Source: a virus
Lineage: Duplodnaviria > Caudoviricetes
Length of the DNA: 64,000 bases
Direction: 5' to 3' (one strand)
Virus record (IMG/VR): IMGVR_UViG_3300032007_000069
Coordinates: 10,328-74,327 of that record
This document shows, piece after piece, positions 1 through 10,810 of this stretch. The position numbers and the translations under genes are program-made. The number at the start of each line of letters is the position of its first letter. Position 1 is the first letter of the stretch. Under the pieces are notes generated by a model. The model ran no database searches. It had not been told where the DNA came from and was given only the letters and a program-made list of their open reading frames with translations.

Positions 1-34
1 CGATTCCCCTGTCGATGTCGATGCCATTCAGATT

Positions 35-3000
35 ATGCGCGACTATGTGGACGCAACCCATGCTGTCACGGAAGGTCGCAAGAAGCTGATTGAGTCATGG
101 GATCAGGGCAAGAAGTCTGTTGAGAACGAGACAGAGGCTGTTGACTACTCCACCATGAGCATCGAGGATTTGGCGAAAGCCGCTGCCGATGCAAGTGACA
201 AGGTGACAGACCTCGGAGATTCCTCTGCCAGTCCGTCAGTAGATAAGACGTCCATTGACGATGCAGGTGATGCAGCCAGCAACACCAAGACAGGCATAGA
301 CCTCTTGAACGGCTTGACAGCCAAGCCTCTCGTTGACACCACCTCTATCGGCATTGCCATCGGTCAGACGAACCAACTGCTCGGCAATATGTTCCAGATT
401 GGTCAGATGGGTGGCGGTCAGAGTTCCTTCAGTCTCGGCTTCAATCCTAACAAGTTCGGCTTCGGTCAGTCCAGCACATTCAGTCTTTGGGGTGGCAAGA
501 AGCCAGTATGGGGAACCATCGGAGGCAAGTCGGGCATTCAGTGGATGCCGGACATTCCCATCACAGACCCAGCTCTGCTTGCTCAGCAGGAGTTGAACAG
601 CCGTGTCAATGGTGCCAATACCCAGAAGAAGGTCGATGATTTGTTGAAAGACGTCAACGATGCCCTCTCCAAGGCTGTCTTCGATAGTCCCGAATACAAG
701 GAGCTTGAAGGCTTGAAGAAGCGCCTTGAAGCCAAGTCAAGGAAAGGCAACAGGAAGTCCGGCAATAAGAATAAGACCAACACAGCCGAGAAGATTGCCG
801 ATGAGCAGGAGAAGCTTGAGGACATGCAGGACGATTTGGCTTTCGAGCGTCTGCGCTCCAAGCAGGACATGGAGGCTCGTATTGCCGATGCCACCATTGC
901 TGCTGAGCAGGATGCAGCCAAGAGAGTACGCATGTACCGTGAACAGCAGAACGCTGAGGAGATTCGTGCCATCGAGAAGCAGTCTGAGGATGCAGTCCGC
1001 AAGTACATCGAGGAGGAGAAGCGTATCTTCGAGCAACAGGAGAAGATCAAGAAGCTCCAGAACCCCAAGTACAAGGAGCAGAAGTTCGACGAGAGTACGG
1101 TAGATACATCTGCCATCACAGCCCAGTATCAGAGGCTCATCGACCTTACTAAGCAGCGCCAGTTTGGTGACATCGCCCGTGAGAACGCTGAGGCTATGAC
1201 TGACTACATGAAGCAGTATGGTAGCCTGCAGGACCAGAAGAGAGCCGTCAATGAGCAATATGAGCGCAAGATAGCCGACGAGTCCAATGCCATCAGACGT
1301 GCAGCCCTGGAGAAGGAGCGTGACGATATGCTTGAGGCTCTTGACTTCCAGCAGCTACAGGAAGAGATAGACTGGGAAGCTGTCTTCAATGACCTCGACA
1401 GGCTGAGCACAAGTTCCCTGCAGGCACTCCATGATAAGTTGAAGGCAGCACTCGACGCAGGTGACATCACAGCGGAGAACGCAAAGGTTATCTCTGAGAG
1501 ACTGTTGGAGATTGAAGACAAGATTTCCGACAAGACGAGCTTCTGGGGTTCCCTCATCCCTGCCTTGAAGGAGCGCGAGAGACTTACCCGTGCAGCCAAA
1601 GCCGCACAGGAGGAGTACAACCGCCTTGTCAAGGAGCAGGAGGCAGCAGAGCAGAAGGTAGTCGAGGCTCAGCAGAAGATACATGACGAGATTGTTTCCC
1701 TCTACGGACAGGACATAGACCTCAGCAAGATCAGTGTCGAGGGTAAGCTTCAGTTGTATAACGAGCTTGGTGTCGATGCCACAACCGCTGCAGGTCAGCA
1801 GCTCACTGAGGCCTTCGGTCTTCTTGAGACTGCCACCATAGACCTCACGAAAGCTGAAGAGGATGCCAAGAACGGCAAGAAGAAGTCTGAGGACGCTAAG
1901 AACCTGCTGAATGGCGGTTCCATCGGTGACATCTTCAAGAAAGCGCAGGAGGCAGGCGGTGGCGGTGTTATGGGTATCATAAGCATCGTCAATCAGAACG
2001 CTCAGAGCCTTGCGGACTTCGTGGATAAGGTTGGTCTCGAGAACACCGACTTCGGTGAGGCAGTACATGGCTTCGCAGACGGTGTGGCTGGTTTCCAGTC
2101 TGCCATCCAGTCGTTGGCCAGTGGCGACATCATAGGAGCAGTGAACGGAGTCCTTGACGGCATAGCAGGCTTCGGTCGCTCGTTCATATCCATCTTCGCA
2201 GGTGGTGGCAATGAGGAGGAAATGGAGAAGCGCATTGAGGAACTGGCTAAGGCCAACGAAGGCCTTTCTTCTGCCATTGACTCCCTCGCTGAGCGTATCG
2301 CAAGCAGTAACACTACAAACAGGGAGTCCGTTGAGGCTTACAAGCAGGCATTCCAGGCAGAGCAGGAATGGGAATCCAACCAGCGAGAAGCCATCAATGC
2401 CCGTGCCTCAGAGTATGCCAACAGCGGTTACGGCTTCCTTGGTCTCGGTGGTAAGCACTCGTTCAACTACTACATGGCCGGCAACGGATGGGAAGGATGG
2501 AAGACCCTCTCTCAGACCTTGAAGGAGCATGGCGAGAATGTCAACGTGAACAAGGATAACTTCTGGTCGCTCACTCCGGAGCAGATGAAGATACTCCGTG
2601 ACTTCGCACCATCCGAATGGGCAGCACTCATGAACGGTGACGGACACAGGAACCCGATAGATTTGGTCAATCAGTACATCGACAGGGCAGGCAAGCTCGA
2701 AGAGATTACGTCCGCCTTGAACGAGAAGCTGACAGGCTACTCATGGGACGGCTTCAGAGACTCCTTCGGCTCACTCCTTACTGATATGAGCAGTGACGTG
2801 GAGGACTTTGCCGACAACATGGAGAATGTCCTGTCGAAGGCCATCCTCAACTCCCTGCTGACAGCGAAGTACAAGGACAGGATTGATGCCTTGTACAAGA
2901 TGATTGCCGATGCAGCGATGGATGATAATATCACCAAGGAGGAGGCTGATGCCATCAGAAACACCAACAAGCAGATTGCCGAGGACATGCTTGCCGACAG

Positions 3001-3355
3001 GCAGATGTTGCAGGATTTGGGTATCATCAATTCCAATGGCTCGGAGTACTCGCAGGAAGCCTCTAAGAAAGGCTTTGCCGCTATGGGGCAGGAAACGGCA
3101 GAAGAGCTGAACGGACGCTTCACAGCCCTCCAGATAGCAGGTGAGACGATTGCCGCACAGGCTGTTCAAATCTACGGACAGATGATAGTGATGAGCCAAG
3201 TCCATGTGTCGAGCAACAGCTACCTCTCAGAGATAAGGAATATGATGATAACGGCCAACTCCTACCTTGAAGACGTGGCGAAGTACAGCAAGAAGATGTA
3301 CCTGGAGTTCACGGAGAAGCTGGATGATCTGGTCGATAACACTAAAAATATGTAA
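35..3355 (+). CDS. Tape measure protein (5' end lies upstream of the window)
   Basis: Long helical, Ala/Glu/Lys/Gln-rich coiled-coil ORF directly before the tail module; the frame is open from position 2, so the real start is outside the window. Confidence 0.8.
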   Translation: MRDYVDATHAVTEGRKKLIESWDQGKKSVENETEAVDYSTMSIEDLAKAAADASDKVTDLGDSSASPSVDKTSIDDAGDAASNTKTGIDLLNGLTAKPLVDTTSIGIAIGQTNQLLGNMFQIGQMGGGQSSFSLGFNPNKFGFGQSSTFSLWGGKKPVWGTIGGKSGIQWMPDIPITDPALLAQQELNSRVNGANTQKKVDDLLKDVNDALSKAVFDSPEYKELEGLKKRLEAKSRKGNRKSGNKNKTNTAEKIADEQEKLEDMQDDLAFERLRSKQDMEARIADATIAAEQDAAKRVRMYREQQNAEEIRAIEKQSEDAVRKYIEEEKRIFEQQEKIKKLQNPKYKEQKFDESTVDTSAITAQYQRLIDLTKQRQFGDIARENAEAMTDYMKQYGSLQDQKRAVNEQYERKIADESNAIRRAALEKERDDMLEALDFQQLQEEIDWEAVFNDLDRLSTSSLQALHDKLKAALDAGDITAENAKVISERLLEIEDKISDKTSFWGSLIPALKERERLTRAAKAAQEEYNRLVKEQEAAEQKVVEAQQKIHDEIVSLYGQDIDLSKISVEGKLQLYNELGVDATTAAGQQLTEAFGLLETATIDLTKAEEDAKNGKKKSEDAKNLLNGGSIGDIFKKAQEAGGGGVMGIISIVNQNAQSLADFVDKVGLENTDFGEAVHGFADGVAGFQSAIQSLASGDIIGAVNGVLDGIAGFGRSFISIFAGGGNEEEMEKRIEELAKANEGLSSAIDSLAERIASSNTTNRESVEAYKQAFQAEQEWESNQREAINARASEYANSGYGFLGLGGKHSFNYYMAGNGWEGWKTLSQTLKEHGENVNVNKDNFWSLTPEQMKILRDFAPSEWAALMNGDGHRNPIDLVNQYIDRAGKLEEITSALNEKLTGYSWDGFRDSFGSLLTDMSSDVEDFADNMENVLSKAILNSLLTAKYKDRIDALYKMIADAAMDDNITKEEADAIRNTNKQIAEDMLADRQMLQDLGIINSNGSEYSQEASKKGFAAMGQETAEELNGRFTALQIAGETIAAQAVQIYGQMIVMSQVHVSSNSYLSEIRNMMITANSYLEDVAKYSKKMYLEFTEKLDDLVDNTKNM

Positions 3356-3358
3356 GCT

Positions 3359-3832
3359 ATGACAGGTGACGTAACGATAAACAACTACGATGCCTTCACT
3401 CGCTGGGGTGTGAATCTTGAGGACGGTGCTTTGTCGGCCCTCATGACCCCAGCACCCATGAAGGAGTTCATTGAGAGCAAGAGCCGTGTCGCTCACGGCA
3501 AGAAGATTATCACCAAGGCACCGAAGGTCGATGCAAGGGAGGTGACTCTTCCGTTCCACATCATGGCCAAGACGAAGGAGGAGTTCTTTGACAAGTACAA
3601 CCTCTTCTGCGAGGAGGTGCTGAAGCCCGGTGCCTTCACCTTGAAGACGAAGTACCAGCCTCAGAGGACGAAGATAGTAGGCGGTGTGGCACAGACCATC
3701 CCAGAGGTGGTGTATCACCTCGTGTACCTCTCCTGTACGCAGTTCAGCCAGTATGACCAGCGCCTCGGCAGGTTCTCGCTGAAGGTCGCTGAGCCAGACC
3801 CCACTAACAGAGTAGCAGAAGTAACGACATGA
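3359..3832 (+). CDS. Distal tail (Dit)-like protein
   Basis: 157 aa in the position immediately after the TMP; KxDxREVTLxFxI pattern typical of Bacteroidales phage Dit-like proteins. Confidence 0.6.
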   Translation: MTGDVTINNYDAFTRWGVNLEDGALSALMTPAPMKEFIESKSRVAHGKKIITKAPKVDAREVTLPFHIMAKTKEEFFDKYNLFCEEVLKPGAFTLKTKYQPQRTKIVGGVAQTIPEVVYHLVYLSCTQFSQYDQRLGRFSLKVAEPDPTNRVAEVTT

Positions 3833-6642
3833 TACAGATAAAGCGATTAGACAACACCACGGTACTGACGCTTGCCGACGTGCCGGAGGGTTCATTGGTT
3901 CACAGGGAGCTGATGGGCGACCACTATGTGAAGTTGCCCTTCACCTTGGAGAACCCTGTCTATCTGCATCTTGGCGACTACGTTGAGATTGCTCCCTACG
4001 GACGCTTCGAGCTGACTGAGCCGTATTCACCAAAGTACAACAGAGAGACGGCAGGCTATGACTACACCCTCCAGCTGGATGCGTACTACGTCAAGTGGAA
4101 GAACAAGACGGTAAGGTACATGCCTACCGCCAATGCCAGCGAGACGTCGTTCAAGCTGACAGCCGCCATCGGCACCCACTTGAACGTCATTGTGAACGGC
4201 ATCAATGCCCTCGGAGGCAAGGACACGAACTACAGGTACAACGGCTCTCAGTCGTTCACCTGGTCCTTGACGAACTTCCCTGCAGACAAGGTGAATGCCG
4301 CCAAGTTCAAGGAGTACAACAACACCGACTTCATCACGGCTCTGAGCGACCTCGCACAGATGTATGACTGCGAGTGGTGGGTGGAGGCCAACGTTATCCA
4401 CTTCGGACGCTGTGAGCTGAACGCTACGGCTGTGGAGTTTGAGATAGACGTGAACATGGAGGAAATGTCCGGCTCGGAGTCCAAGGCAGACTATGCCACC
4501 CGTATCATCGGCTTCGGATCTGACAGGAACCTCCCGAAGAACTACCGTGCGAACCAAGGTGCTGACGTCACCCAGAACGGAGTGGTGCAGAAGAGGCTTA
4601 TGCTCCCTGCCACAGGACAGCACGCTTGCCCCTACGGCTATCTGCAGGACGGCAACCTTGCCAATGAGACGGAGGCCATCGAGCTTGTCGTGGTGGACGA
4701 CGACATCTACCCTCGCACCAACTGCGTGGTAGGTCGTGTCGAGACCTACGAGAACTCCTACGAGGACGAAGAGACCCATGAGACGGTCACACAGACGTTC
4801 TACAGGCTTTACGACAAGAGCGGCTTCCACTTCTCCAGCGACTACATTTTGGAGGGTGAGACGCTTCACATGATATTCCAGAGCGGTTCCATGAACGGCA
4901 TGGACTTCGAGTGCCACTATGATGATGAGCACGGCTACTATGAGGTCGTAGCCAACGAGGACTACGGACGTCTCTTGCCGGACACCAACCTGCACCCAGC
5001 CGTTGACGATGAGTTTGTGCTGGTCGGATGGGACAGCACACAGATTGGCAACACAGGTCTCATCGAGTCTGCTGAGGAAGAATTGTACCAGGCTATCGCT
5101 GCCAAGCTGCAGGAGATAAAGAAAGATCCGAACACGTACAACTGCAAGCTGATGTCGGACTGGTATGCCGAGAAGATGGAGGACGACAACCTCACCTACT
5201 ACTCTCTCGGACAGCCCGTGACGATTGTCAACCCCACCTTCTTCAGCGGCAGTCGTGATTCGAGGATAATAGGCTATGAGCTGAAGCTCGACTTTCCGTA
5301 TGACACTCCCGAATATATGGTCGGTGAGGCTGGAGCGTACTCACGTTCCAAGGCTATGGAGGAGAAGATTGACTCTCTCACGGTCAATGGCCAGACCTAC
5401 AACGGCAATGGCAACGGGAACGGCAGCGGCATCTACCTCATCACCACTACAAGCCAGACCCCTGCGAGCGACTTCAATGCCTACTCCGCTGCAAGGAGCG
5501 ACAAGCAGTTCCTTCACAGGGACAGGGCAGACACGGCATTAGGCCCTATTACCCACAGGCAGAAATCGACCCATGAGGCAGGTGCCCAGTTCGGACAGAC
5601 GTTCACTCCTGGTCTTGTCGGTGTCGGTGGTCAGATTGACGGACAGGGACGTGCGGAACTGCGCTCCTTGAAGCTGTGGGAATGGCTGGAGGTGCCGGAG
5701 CTGAGATACAACAGAGTGACCATATACACAGGCATCCGTTGGGACACCTTCGGAGGCGGCATCATAGAGACTATCACTCCAGACGCTAACGCTGAGACAG
5801 GTTCGGGAACACTGAAGCTCGACGACGGCGAGATTGGAGCCATTGCGGTAGGTGATCTGTGCATGGGTATATGGCACGACACCAGCGGAAACGCTTCTGC
5901 CAACAGCGATGATAACGTCGGTAACTTCACCTTTGCAGGTTTCAAGACGGTGTATTTCCAGATTACAGGGGTTAGCGGTGCCCACAATCAGAACTTCACC
6001 TACTTGCTGAGAGGCCAGGCACAGGGAGGTAACGGCTTCCATCCTTTCGTCGGAATGCACTTCGCTGGCCGAGGCAATATCAGCAACACGGCACGTCAGG
6101 CTTTCACCTACACCACCACGGAGTACAGCCTCTCGCTGAGGAACGTCAGCACATGGCAGTTCCAGCCCGAGAACTACTACGAGATTCACGGGCACATCGA
6201 GGGTTTCAGTATGCCGGCTATCGACAGCGCAGGACAGCCATACACGAAAACATTCCACGGATATGGCCAAGTGTTCGGTAATGCCTATATATTCGGTCAA
6301 TTAGACCAGTTCGAGCGCATATCCTATCGTTGCTTCATTGAACAATCTTTAGGCGGCTCACTGGCTCCAAATGAGACCGAGGATGTCGCAGTAAGCGTTC
6401 TCAACGGCTACGGTGAGGACGTGACAAGTCAGTTCACTCACATTGCGGTTACGAGGAACACTGGCGACGTGGCATCAGATGCTTTGTGGAACGCTCAGCA
6501 TACCGAGGTGACGAACCCCTTCCAGATCAGCTTCAATGATTTGGGCATCGACGGCATCCATAAGATTGTCGCGGTGTTCACGGTGGAGGCCTCGGATGCG
6601 AATAATCTGACAGCAGTAGCAACAGCAAACTATTTCAGTTGA
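3829..6642 (+). CDS. Tail tip/baseplate hub (Tal-like) protein
   Basis: 937 aa following Dit; N-terminal prophage-tail-like segments (ATRIIGFGSDRNLP, DDDIYP); beta-rich C-terminus. Confidence 0.65.
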   Translation: MIQIKRLDNTTVLTLADVPEGSLVHRELMGDHYVKLPFTLENPVYLHLGDYVEIAPYGRFELTEPYSPKYNRETAGYDYTLQLDAYYVKWKNKTVRYMPTANASETSFKLTAAIGTHLNVIVNGINALGGKDTNYRYNGSQSFTWSLTNFPADKVNAAKFKEYNNTDFITALSDLAQMYDCEWWVEANVIHFGRCELNATAVEFEIDVNMEEMSGSESKADYATRIIGFGSDRNLPKNYRANQGADVTQNGVVQKRLMLPATGQHACPYGYLQDGNLANETEAIELVVVDDDIYPRTNCVVGRVETYENSYEDEETHETVTQTFYRLYDKSGFHFSSDYILEGETLHMIFQSGSMNGMDFECHYDDEHGYYEVVANEDYGRLLPDTNLHPAVDDEFVLVGWDSTQIGNTGLIESAEEELYQAIAAKLQEIKKDPNTYNCKLMSDWYAEKMEDDNLTYYSLGQPVTIVNPTFFSGSRDSRIIGYELKLDFPYDTPEYMVGEAGAYSRSKAMEEKIDSLTVNGQTYNGNGNGNGSGIYLITTTSQTPASDFNAYSAARSDKQFLHRDRADTALGPITHRQKSTHEAGAQFGQTFTPGLVGVGGQIDGQGRAELRSLKLWEWLEVPELRYNRVTIYTGIRWDTFGGGIIETITPDANAETGSGTLKLDDGEIGAIAVGDLCMGIWHDTSGNASANSDDNVGNFTFAGFKTVYFQITGVSGAHNQNFTYLLRGQAQGGNGFHPFVGMHFAGRGNISNTARQAFTYTTTEYSLSLRNVSTWQFQPENYYEIHGHIEGFSMPAIDSAGQPYTKTFHGYGQVFGNAYIFGQLDQFERISYRCFIEQSLGGSLAPNETEDVAVSVLNGYGEDVTSQFTHIAVTRNTGDVASDALWNAQHTEVTNPFQISFNDLGIDGIHKIVAVFTVEASDANNLTAVATANYFS

Positions 6643-6643
6643 T

Positions 6644-7903
6644 ATGAACGAGAATACATTTCAATCACAGAGGACGCATACGCGCGTCAAGTTTGAACCG
6701 CTGACAGTGCATTGTCAGCTGGTTTGCCTTACCCCTCAGTCGCCGTGCGTACAGAGTATCACGGTGCTCTCGGGTTCTCCTGCATACGAGCCGGACAGGT
6801 CGCTGACACCAACCATCGTCTTCCCCGACGTGAGAGCCAACGACCCGGATAATGTCTTCCAGCACGGAGCAGCCAATGCCAACCTGTCGCTTGACACCAT
6901 CGAGTGGCTTGTGGACGAGCAGCCTATCGCAGACGTATGGACGGTGAACACTGACTACGAAATCAACACCAGCGCGACAGACCTCAGAGGTGCCTTGACC
7001 ATCAAGAAGAACCTCGCTGCATCCGCCAAGGCTGTGCTCCACTTCAGAGCCAAGTTCCTTGACTGGCGCACAGGCATCGCCTACGCTGTGGAGAGTGACG
7101 ACATCGCCCTCACCTGCACAGACAAGGGCGAGGACGTCTATACCTGCTCGGTGGATAAACCAAGTGTCGAGTATGACCCCCTCTTCGACGACCTCTTGCT
7201 CTATGAGCACAAGGTGGCCAGAGGTATCGCTGTGACAGGCACGAGGTCTGACTATGTGACAGGCAAGTGCTATGAGCAGAGCGTCAACGTCTTGCTCTCT
7301 CTCGGCACTTCGCAGATAACGACGCTCCAGAACGACATCACCATGCGTGTGGTGAAGCTCGGACAGAGCACGGCACTCACTCCAAACAGCGAGGCGAGTC
7401 CGGAGCTTCTGCTTGCCACCTTCCCTACGGTCAAGTTCGACATGAGGATGATCGCCAAGGCAGAGTACGAGGTGCAGTTCTTGAAAGGCGGAAATATCAT
7501 CGCCAGAGCCACGATTGGTCTTCACACGGCTACTACCATGCCGACCTTCGGAAAACCTCTCAGAGCGGCTGATATAAGCCCCTCGCAGGACGAATACTTC
7601 AACTCCGTGCTCTTGAACTTGGAGGACAGGCTCGTGGAGTACCCCGAGTGCTATTATCTGATAGAGTGGTTCACGCAGGCGAAGTACAATGATAGCGGCA
7701 CATGGAAGTACGCACAGGCCAAGACGTGGCAGAGAGGTGTCAACCTTGCTGCAGCAGTCAAGGACCTCGGAATCGGTGTGACGGTGAATGACAGCTTCTT
7801 CGACCTGTGGTTCAACCTCGATGCCCATGACGCAAGAGAACTGATAACGGATGAGGATGGCTACGTCCTTACCGATGAGAACAACGAATTTCTGATAGAC
7901 TGA
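6644..7903 (+). CDS. Putative virion/tail structural protein
   Basis: 419 aa, beta-rich, tightly coupled within the tail operon. Confidence 0.5.
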   Translation: MNENTFQSQRTHTRVKFEPLTVHCQLVCLTPQSPCVQSITVLSGSPAYEPDRSLTPTIVFPDVRANDPDNVFQHGAANANLSLDTIEWLVDEQPIADVWTVNTDYEINTSATDLRGALTIKKNLAASAKAVLHFRAKFLDWRTGIAYAVESDDIALTCTDKGEDVYTCSVDKPSVEYDPLFDDLLLYEHKVARGIAVTGTRSDYVTGKCYEQSVNVLLSLGTSQITTLQNDITMRVVKLGQSTALTPNSEASPELLLATFPTVKFDMRMIAKAEYEVQFLKGGNIIARATIGLHTATTMPTFGKPLRAADISPSQDEYFNSVLLNLEDRLVEYPECYYLIEWFTQAKYNDSGTWKYAQAKTWQRGVNLAAAVKDLGIGVTVNDSFFDLWFNLDAHDARELITDEDGYVLTDENNEFLID

Positions 7904-7904
7904 T

Positions 7905-8123
7905 ATGTTGTATAGTATCATTGACGCAGCGTTAGGCGAGGTGTACGGCTTCAAGCCAGCCCTCCACAAGACCATCGTCAACGGCACGAAGATGGTGGTC
8001 AACGAGAATGAGTTACGGCTTGTCAACAATGACATCGAGGAGGCCGCAAGGACTTTGCAGGGTGTCGTGATGAGTCAGGCCGAAGTGGTTAACGAAATAA
8101 AAAGATTAGAACGAAATGAGTAG
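7905..8123 (+). CDS. Hypothetical protein (tail module)
   Basis: 72 aa ORF abutting both neighbours. Confidence 0.55.
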   Translation: MLYSIIDAALGEVYGFKPALHKTIVNGTKMVVNENELRLVNNDIEEAARTLQGVVMSQAEVVNEIKRLERNE

Positions 8124-9186
8124 AGCAGGTGCGGCTTTCTCCGTCCGCTTCCTACGAAACGGAGACCAGGTAATTGTCACGCGCAACATCATCAACAGGA
8201 ACGGAGCTGGTGCAGCCCTGTTCCAAGTCGTTGACCCCAACAGCGGTGCCGTAAGCCCCGACTGGGATGCGACAGGCAAGACAGGTGATGCGCAGACTGC
8301 GGTGCTCAATGCACAGCCCATCATCCAGCTCGGAGTACGGTCGAGTGCCGGCTATCCTGCTGAGATAACGGGTGTGAACTGGGCTTATGACGGCACGACG
8401 TTGAACTTCACGCTGAACGGCTCGACATGGGTGACGGCATCCAATGACAGCAGGTTCCAGGCGCGTATCAACGGCCAGTATTATGAAATGAAGATTGTGG
8501 GCAACCTCGCTTCGGCACAGGCTATCGCTAACAAGCAGATAACCTATGAGGTGAGCTACATCAGCAACTCTTACACGGACAGTGTGAGGGGCAGCGTCGA
8601 TGTGCTCATTCAGATGGCAGGCAGCGACTCGCATATCCTTCAGATTACGACTGACAGGGTGGAGCTTGACGAGACCCATACGCAGGCCACCCTCACGGCA
8701 GTCGGCATGTATGGTACGGATAACGTCACCATCGGCAGCAACGGCTACACGATAAAGTGGTACCAAGACGGCACGGAGATCAGTGGTCAGACGGCAAGCA
8801 CGTTGACCGTGACGAGGGCTATGGTGGAAGGTGGCAGCATCTTCATCGCCAAGCTGTTCTTGAACGGCAATGCTGTGGCACAGGACAGCCAGCGCATCAA
8901 CGATATTGCCGACGAGTACCAGATTGCCTACACCCCGTCCAATGCAGGCAGTAACTACTGCGGTATCGGGCACAACGCTGTCTATACCCTCTCTGTGACG
9001 AAGAACGGCAATGCCTACGCGGGCAACGTGTCGTATGCCTGGCAGGTCTTCAATGCCATCGGAGAGTGCAAGAAGAGCGATGGTGTCGGTGCCACGGTTA
9101 CGGTGACTCCGGACTACTGCCTCGTGGGCACTGGCGAAGGTGCATATCATGCCGATGCAGATGTGCAGGTGACAGCAGATTTCTAA
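8116..9186 (+). CDS. Putative tail structural protein with Ig-like segments
   Basis: 356 aa; YTIKWYQDGTEISGQTASTLTVT is an Ig-like strand pattern. Confidence 0.5.
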   Translation: MSRAGAAFSVRFLRNGDQVIVTRNIINRNGAGAALFQVVDPNSGAVSPDWDATGKTGDAQTAVLNAQPIIQLGVRSSAGYPAEITGVNWAYDGTTLNFTLNGSTWVTASNDSRFQARINGQYYEMKIVGNLASAQAIANKQITYEVSYISNSYTDSVRGSVDVLIQMAGSDSHILQITTDRVELDETHTQATLTAVGMYGTDNVTIGSNGYTIKWYQDGTEISGQTASTLTVTRAMVEGGSIFIAKLFLNGNAVAQDSQRINDIADEYQIAYTPSNAGSNYCGIGHNAVYTLSVTKNGNAYAGNVSYAWQVFNAIGECKKSDGVGATVTVTPDYCLVGTGEGAYHADADVQVTADF

Positions 9187-9206
9187 ACTCCTAAATAACA
9201 GGTATT

Positions 9207-10547
9207 ATGAGTAAAAGTTTGATTAACAAGCCCTACGTTCACCAGATGAGTGACAGCAACTCCATCTTCGGGAACTTTGGCGGAGCGGTGGCCCAGATGA
9301 CCATTGATGAGTTCCGCCAGCACCTCAACGACAACGATGAGGAAGTATTGAACAACCTTGCGTTCTACATAGACGTGAACAAGGCATCAAGCCTCGGTTC
9401 CACCCGTGTAGATGTAGGTGGTAACATGCACATGCGCCAGCTTTGGGAAGACTCTGCTGTAAGTATTCTCATGGATAAGAATGGCAACTACTGCGAGCTG
9501 AACAGGAACGACAACCGCTACACAGCGGAAGGCGACTACCTGTTGCAGAACGACGGGACGATTATCTCGACCTATGCGAACTGCGACTTCATGAAGATTA
9601 TCCCTCAGACCTACGGACGTGTTCAGACGGTGACGGTCGGTGCCACCACCATCGCAAGGCTGTGGCTGTCTCTCGTTCCGCTGCCTGGCGGTTACATCAT
9701 CCCTCAGATGGTTGTCGGCAAGTTCAAGGCAAGCGTTGTGTCGAGCGCCCTGCGAAGCCTCCCCGGACTGGTGACTGCTGACAGCAACACCATCAATGCG
9801 TTCTGGACGAAGGCACAGGCAAGGAGCAAGAACCACGGCTTGGCGAACCTCGACTTCCGTAACCACCTGCTGTTCCACATGATGGCGAAGTATGCCTATC
9901 GTGACTCTCAGAACTGCAAGGGACAGGACAACACACCTATCTGGGGTGTCGGTCTCGACGGAACGGAGAACAGCGGAGGCTTCGACGGTCAGAAGAACAT
10001 CAAGACAGGTATCGTCCTCAGTCTCGGTGACTATGACGGAAACGTGGCCACCACGGATGCCAACAGCAACACTTGCCATTGTGTCAACGTGGCAGGCTTC
10101 GAGAACCCTTGGGGTCAGAAGTGGGAAATGGTACAGGGTCTCTGCTCTGTAGGCACTGATGTCTATTGCTGGAGAAACAACTGGCTACCTACCGGCACTC
10201 CTACGGCTGAGTCGTTTGCCCATGTGGAGCATGTCAAGCTGACACGTGCCACAAGTGCCGTCACAGGCATGAACATCATCGAGAGCCAGCAGGGACAAGG
10301 AGTCTATATGATACCTAAGCAATCCCTCAGCGGTGTAAGCTATGGCGATAACTTCTGGTACGCAGAGGCAGGACAGCTGTGGCTCTGGGGCGGTCCCTCG
10401 TACCGCGGGTCGTCTTGCGGTCTCGCTTATGCGGCCTCGGACTTCGCTTGGTCGGCCTCGTACGCGTACATCTCGGCTCGCCTTGCTTACTATGGTTCCC
10501 TGCAAAAGGTGTCAGCAAGTCGATTGGCGGAACTCGCGGCTGCCTAA
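9207..10547 (+). CDS. DGR target protein 1 (C-type-lectin-like VR domain; probable receptor-binding protein)
   Basis: C-terminal WGG...CGLAY...AWS...ISARL variable repeat matching the TR; GFENPWGQKWEMVQG resembles Mtd/FGE-like CLec folds. Confidence 0.9.
   Translation: MSKSLINKPYVHQMSDSNSIFGNFGGAVAQMTIDEFRQHLNDNDEEVLNNLAFYIDVNKASSLGSTRVDVGGNMHMRQLWEDSAVSILMDKNGNYCELNRNDNRYTAEGDYLLQNDGTIISTYANCDFMKIIPQTYGRVQTVTVGATTIARLWLSLVPLPGGYIIPQMVVGKFKASVVSSALRSLPGLVTADSNTINAFWTKAQARSKNHGLANLDFRNHLLFHMMAKYAYRDSQNCKGQDNTPIWGVGLDGTENSGGFDGQKNIKTGIVLSLGDYDGNVATTDANSNTCHCVNVAGFENPWGQKWEMVQGLCSVGTDVYCWRNNWLPTGTPTAESFAHVEHVKLTRATSAVTGMNIIESQQGQGVYMIPKQSLSGVSYGDNFWYAEAGQLWLWGGPSYRGSSCGLAYAASDFAWSASYAYISARLAYYGSLQKVSASRLAELAAA
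10375..10487 (+). repeat. DGR variable repeat VR1
   Basis: 113 bp aligns ungapped to TR 10698-10810; all 19 mismatches fall at TR adenines. Confidence 0.97.
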
Positions 10548-10574
10548 GCAGTCGCGTTGCGCCCGAAAGGGCGC
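10535..10574 (+). promoter_or_regulatory. Two GC-rich hairpins downstream of VR1 (candidate DGR target-recognition/cruciform element)
   Basis: CGCGGCTGC-CTAA-GCAGTCGCG (10535-10556) and GCGCCC-GAAA-GGGCGC (10559-10574). Confidence 0.6.
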
Positions 10575-10696
10575 TCCGCTTTCCTAAAGTAATAATCAGT
10601 AACAAAGAATGAAAGTTTAACAATTCTGCAGGTCAGACGACCGAAGGAACAAATCTCTCAAAAGCCATTACTTCGATGGTAGGTATAAAGGTATTG

Positions 10697-10810
10697 AAGC
10701 TGTGGATCTGGGGCGGTAACTCGAACAACGGGTCGAATTGCGGTCTCGCTTATGCGAACTCGAACAACGCTTGGTCGAACTCGAACGCGAACATCTCGGC
10801 TCGCCTAACT
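10697..10810 (+). repeat. DGR template repeat (TR)
   Basis: Ten in-frame AAY codons; differs from VR1 and VR2 essentially only at A positions; lies upstream of the RT. Confidence 0.97.

Noticed and set aside
400-560. FG/GF-rich low-complexity patch in the tape measure protein
   Set aside because: It is short and has no repeat periodicity; nothing supports a separate function.
6665-8035. Long minus-strand ORFs (also 4027-4995, 8152-9150, 52453-53397, 60363-61787)
   Set aside because: They are antisense shadows of plus-strand genes caused by codon bias; they have no motifs or start signals.
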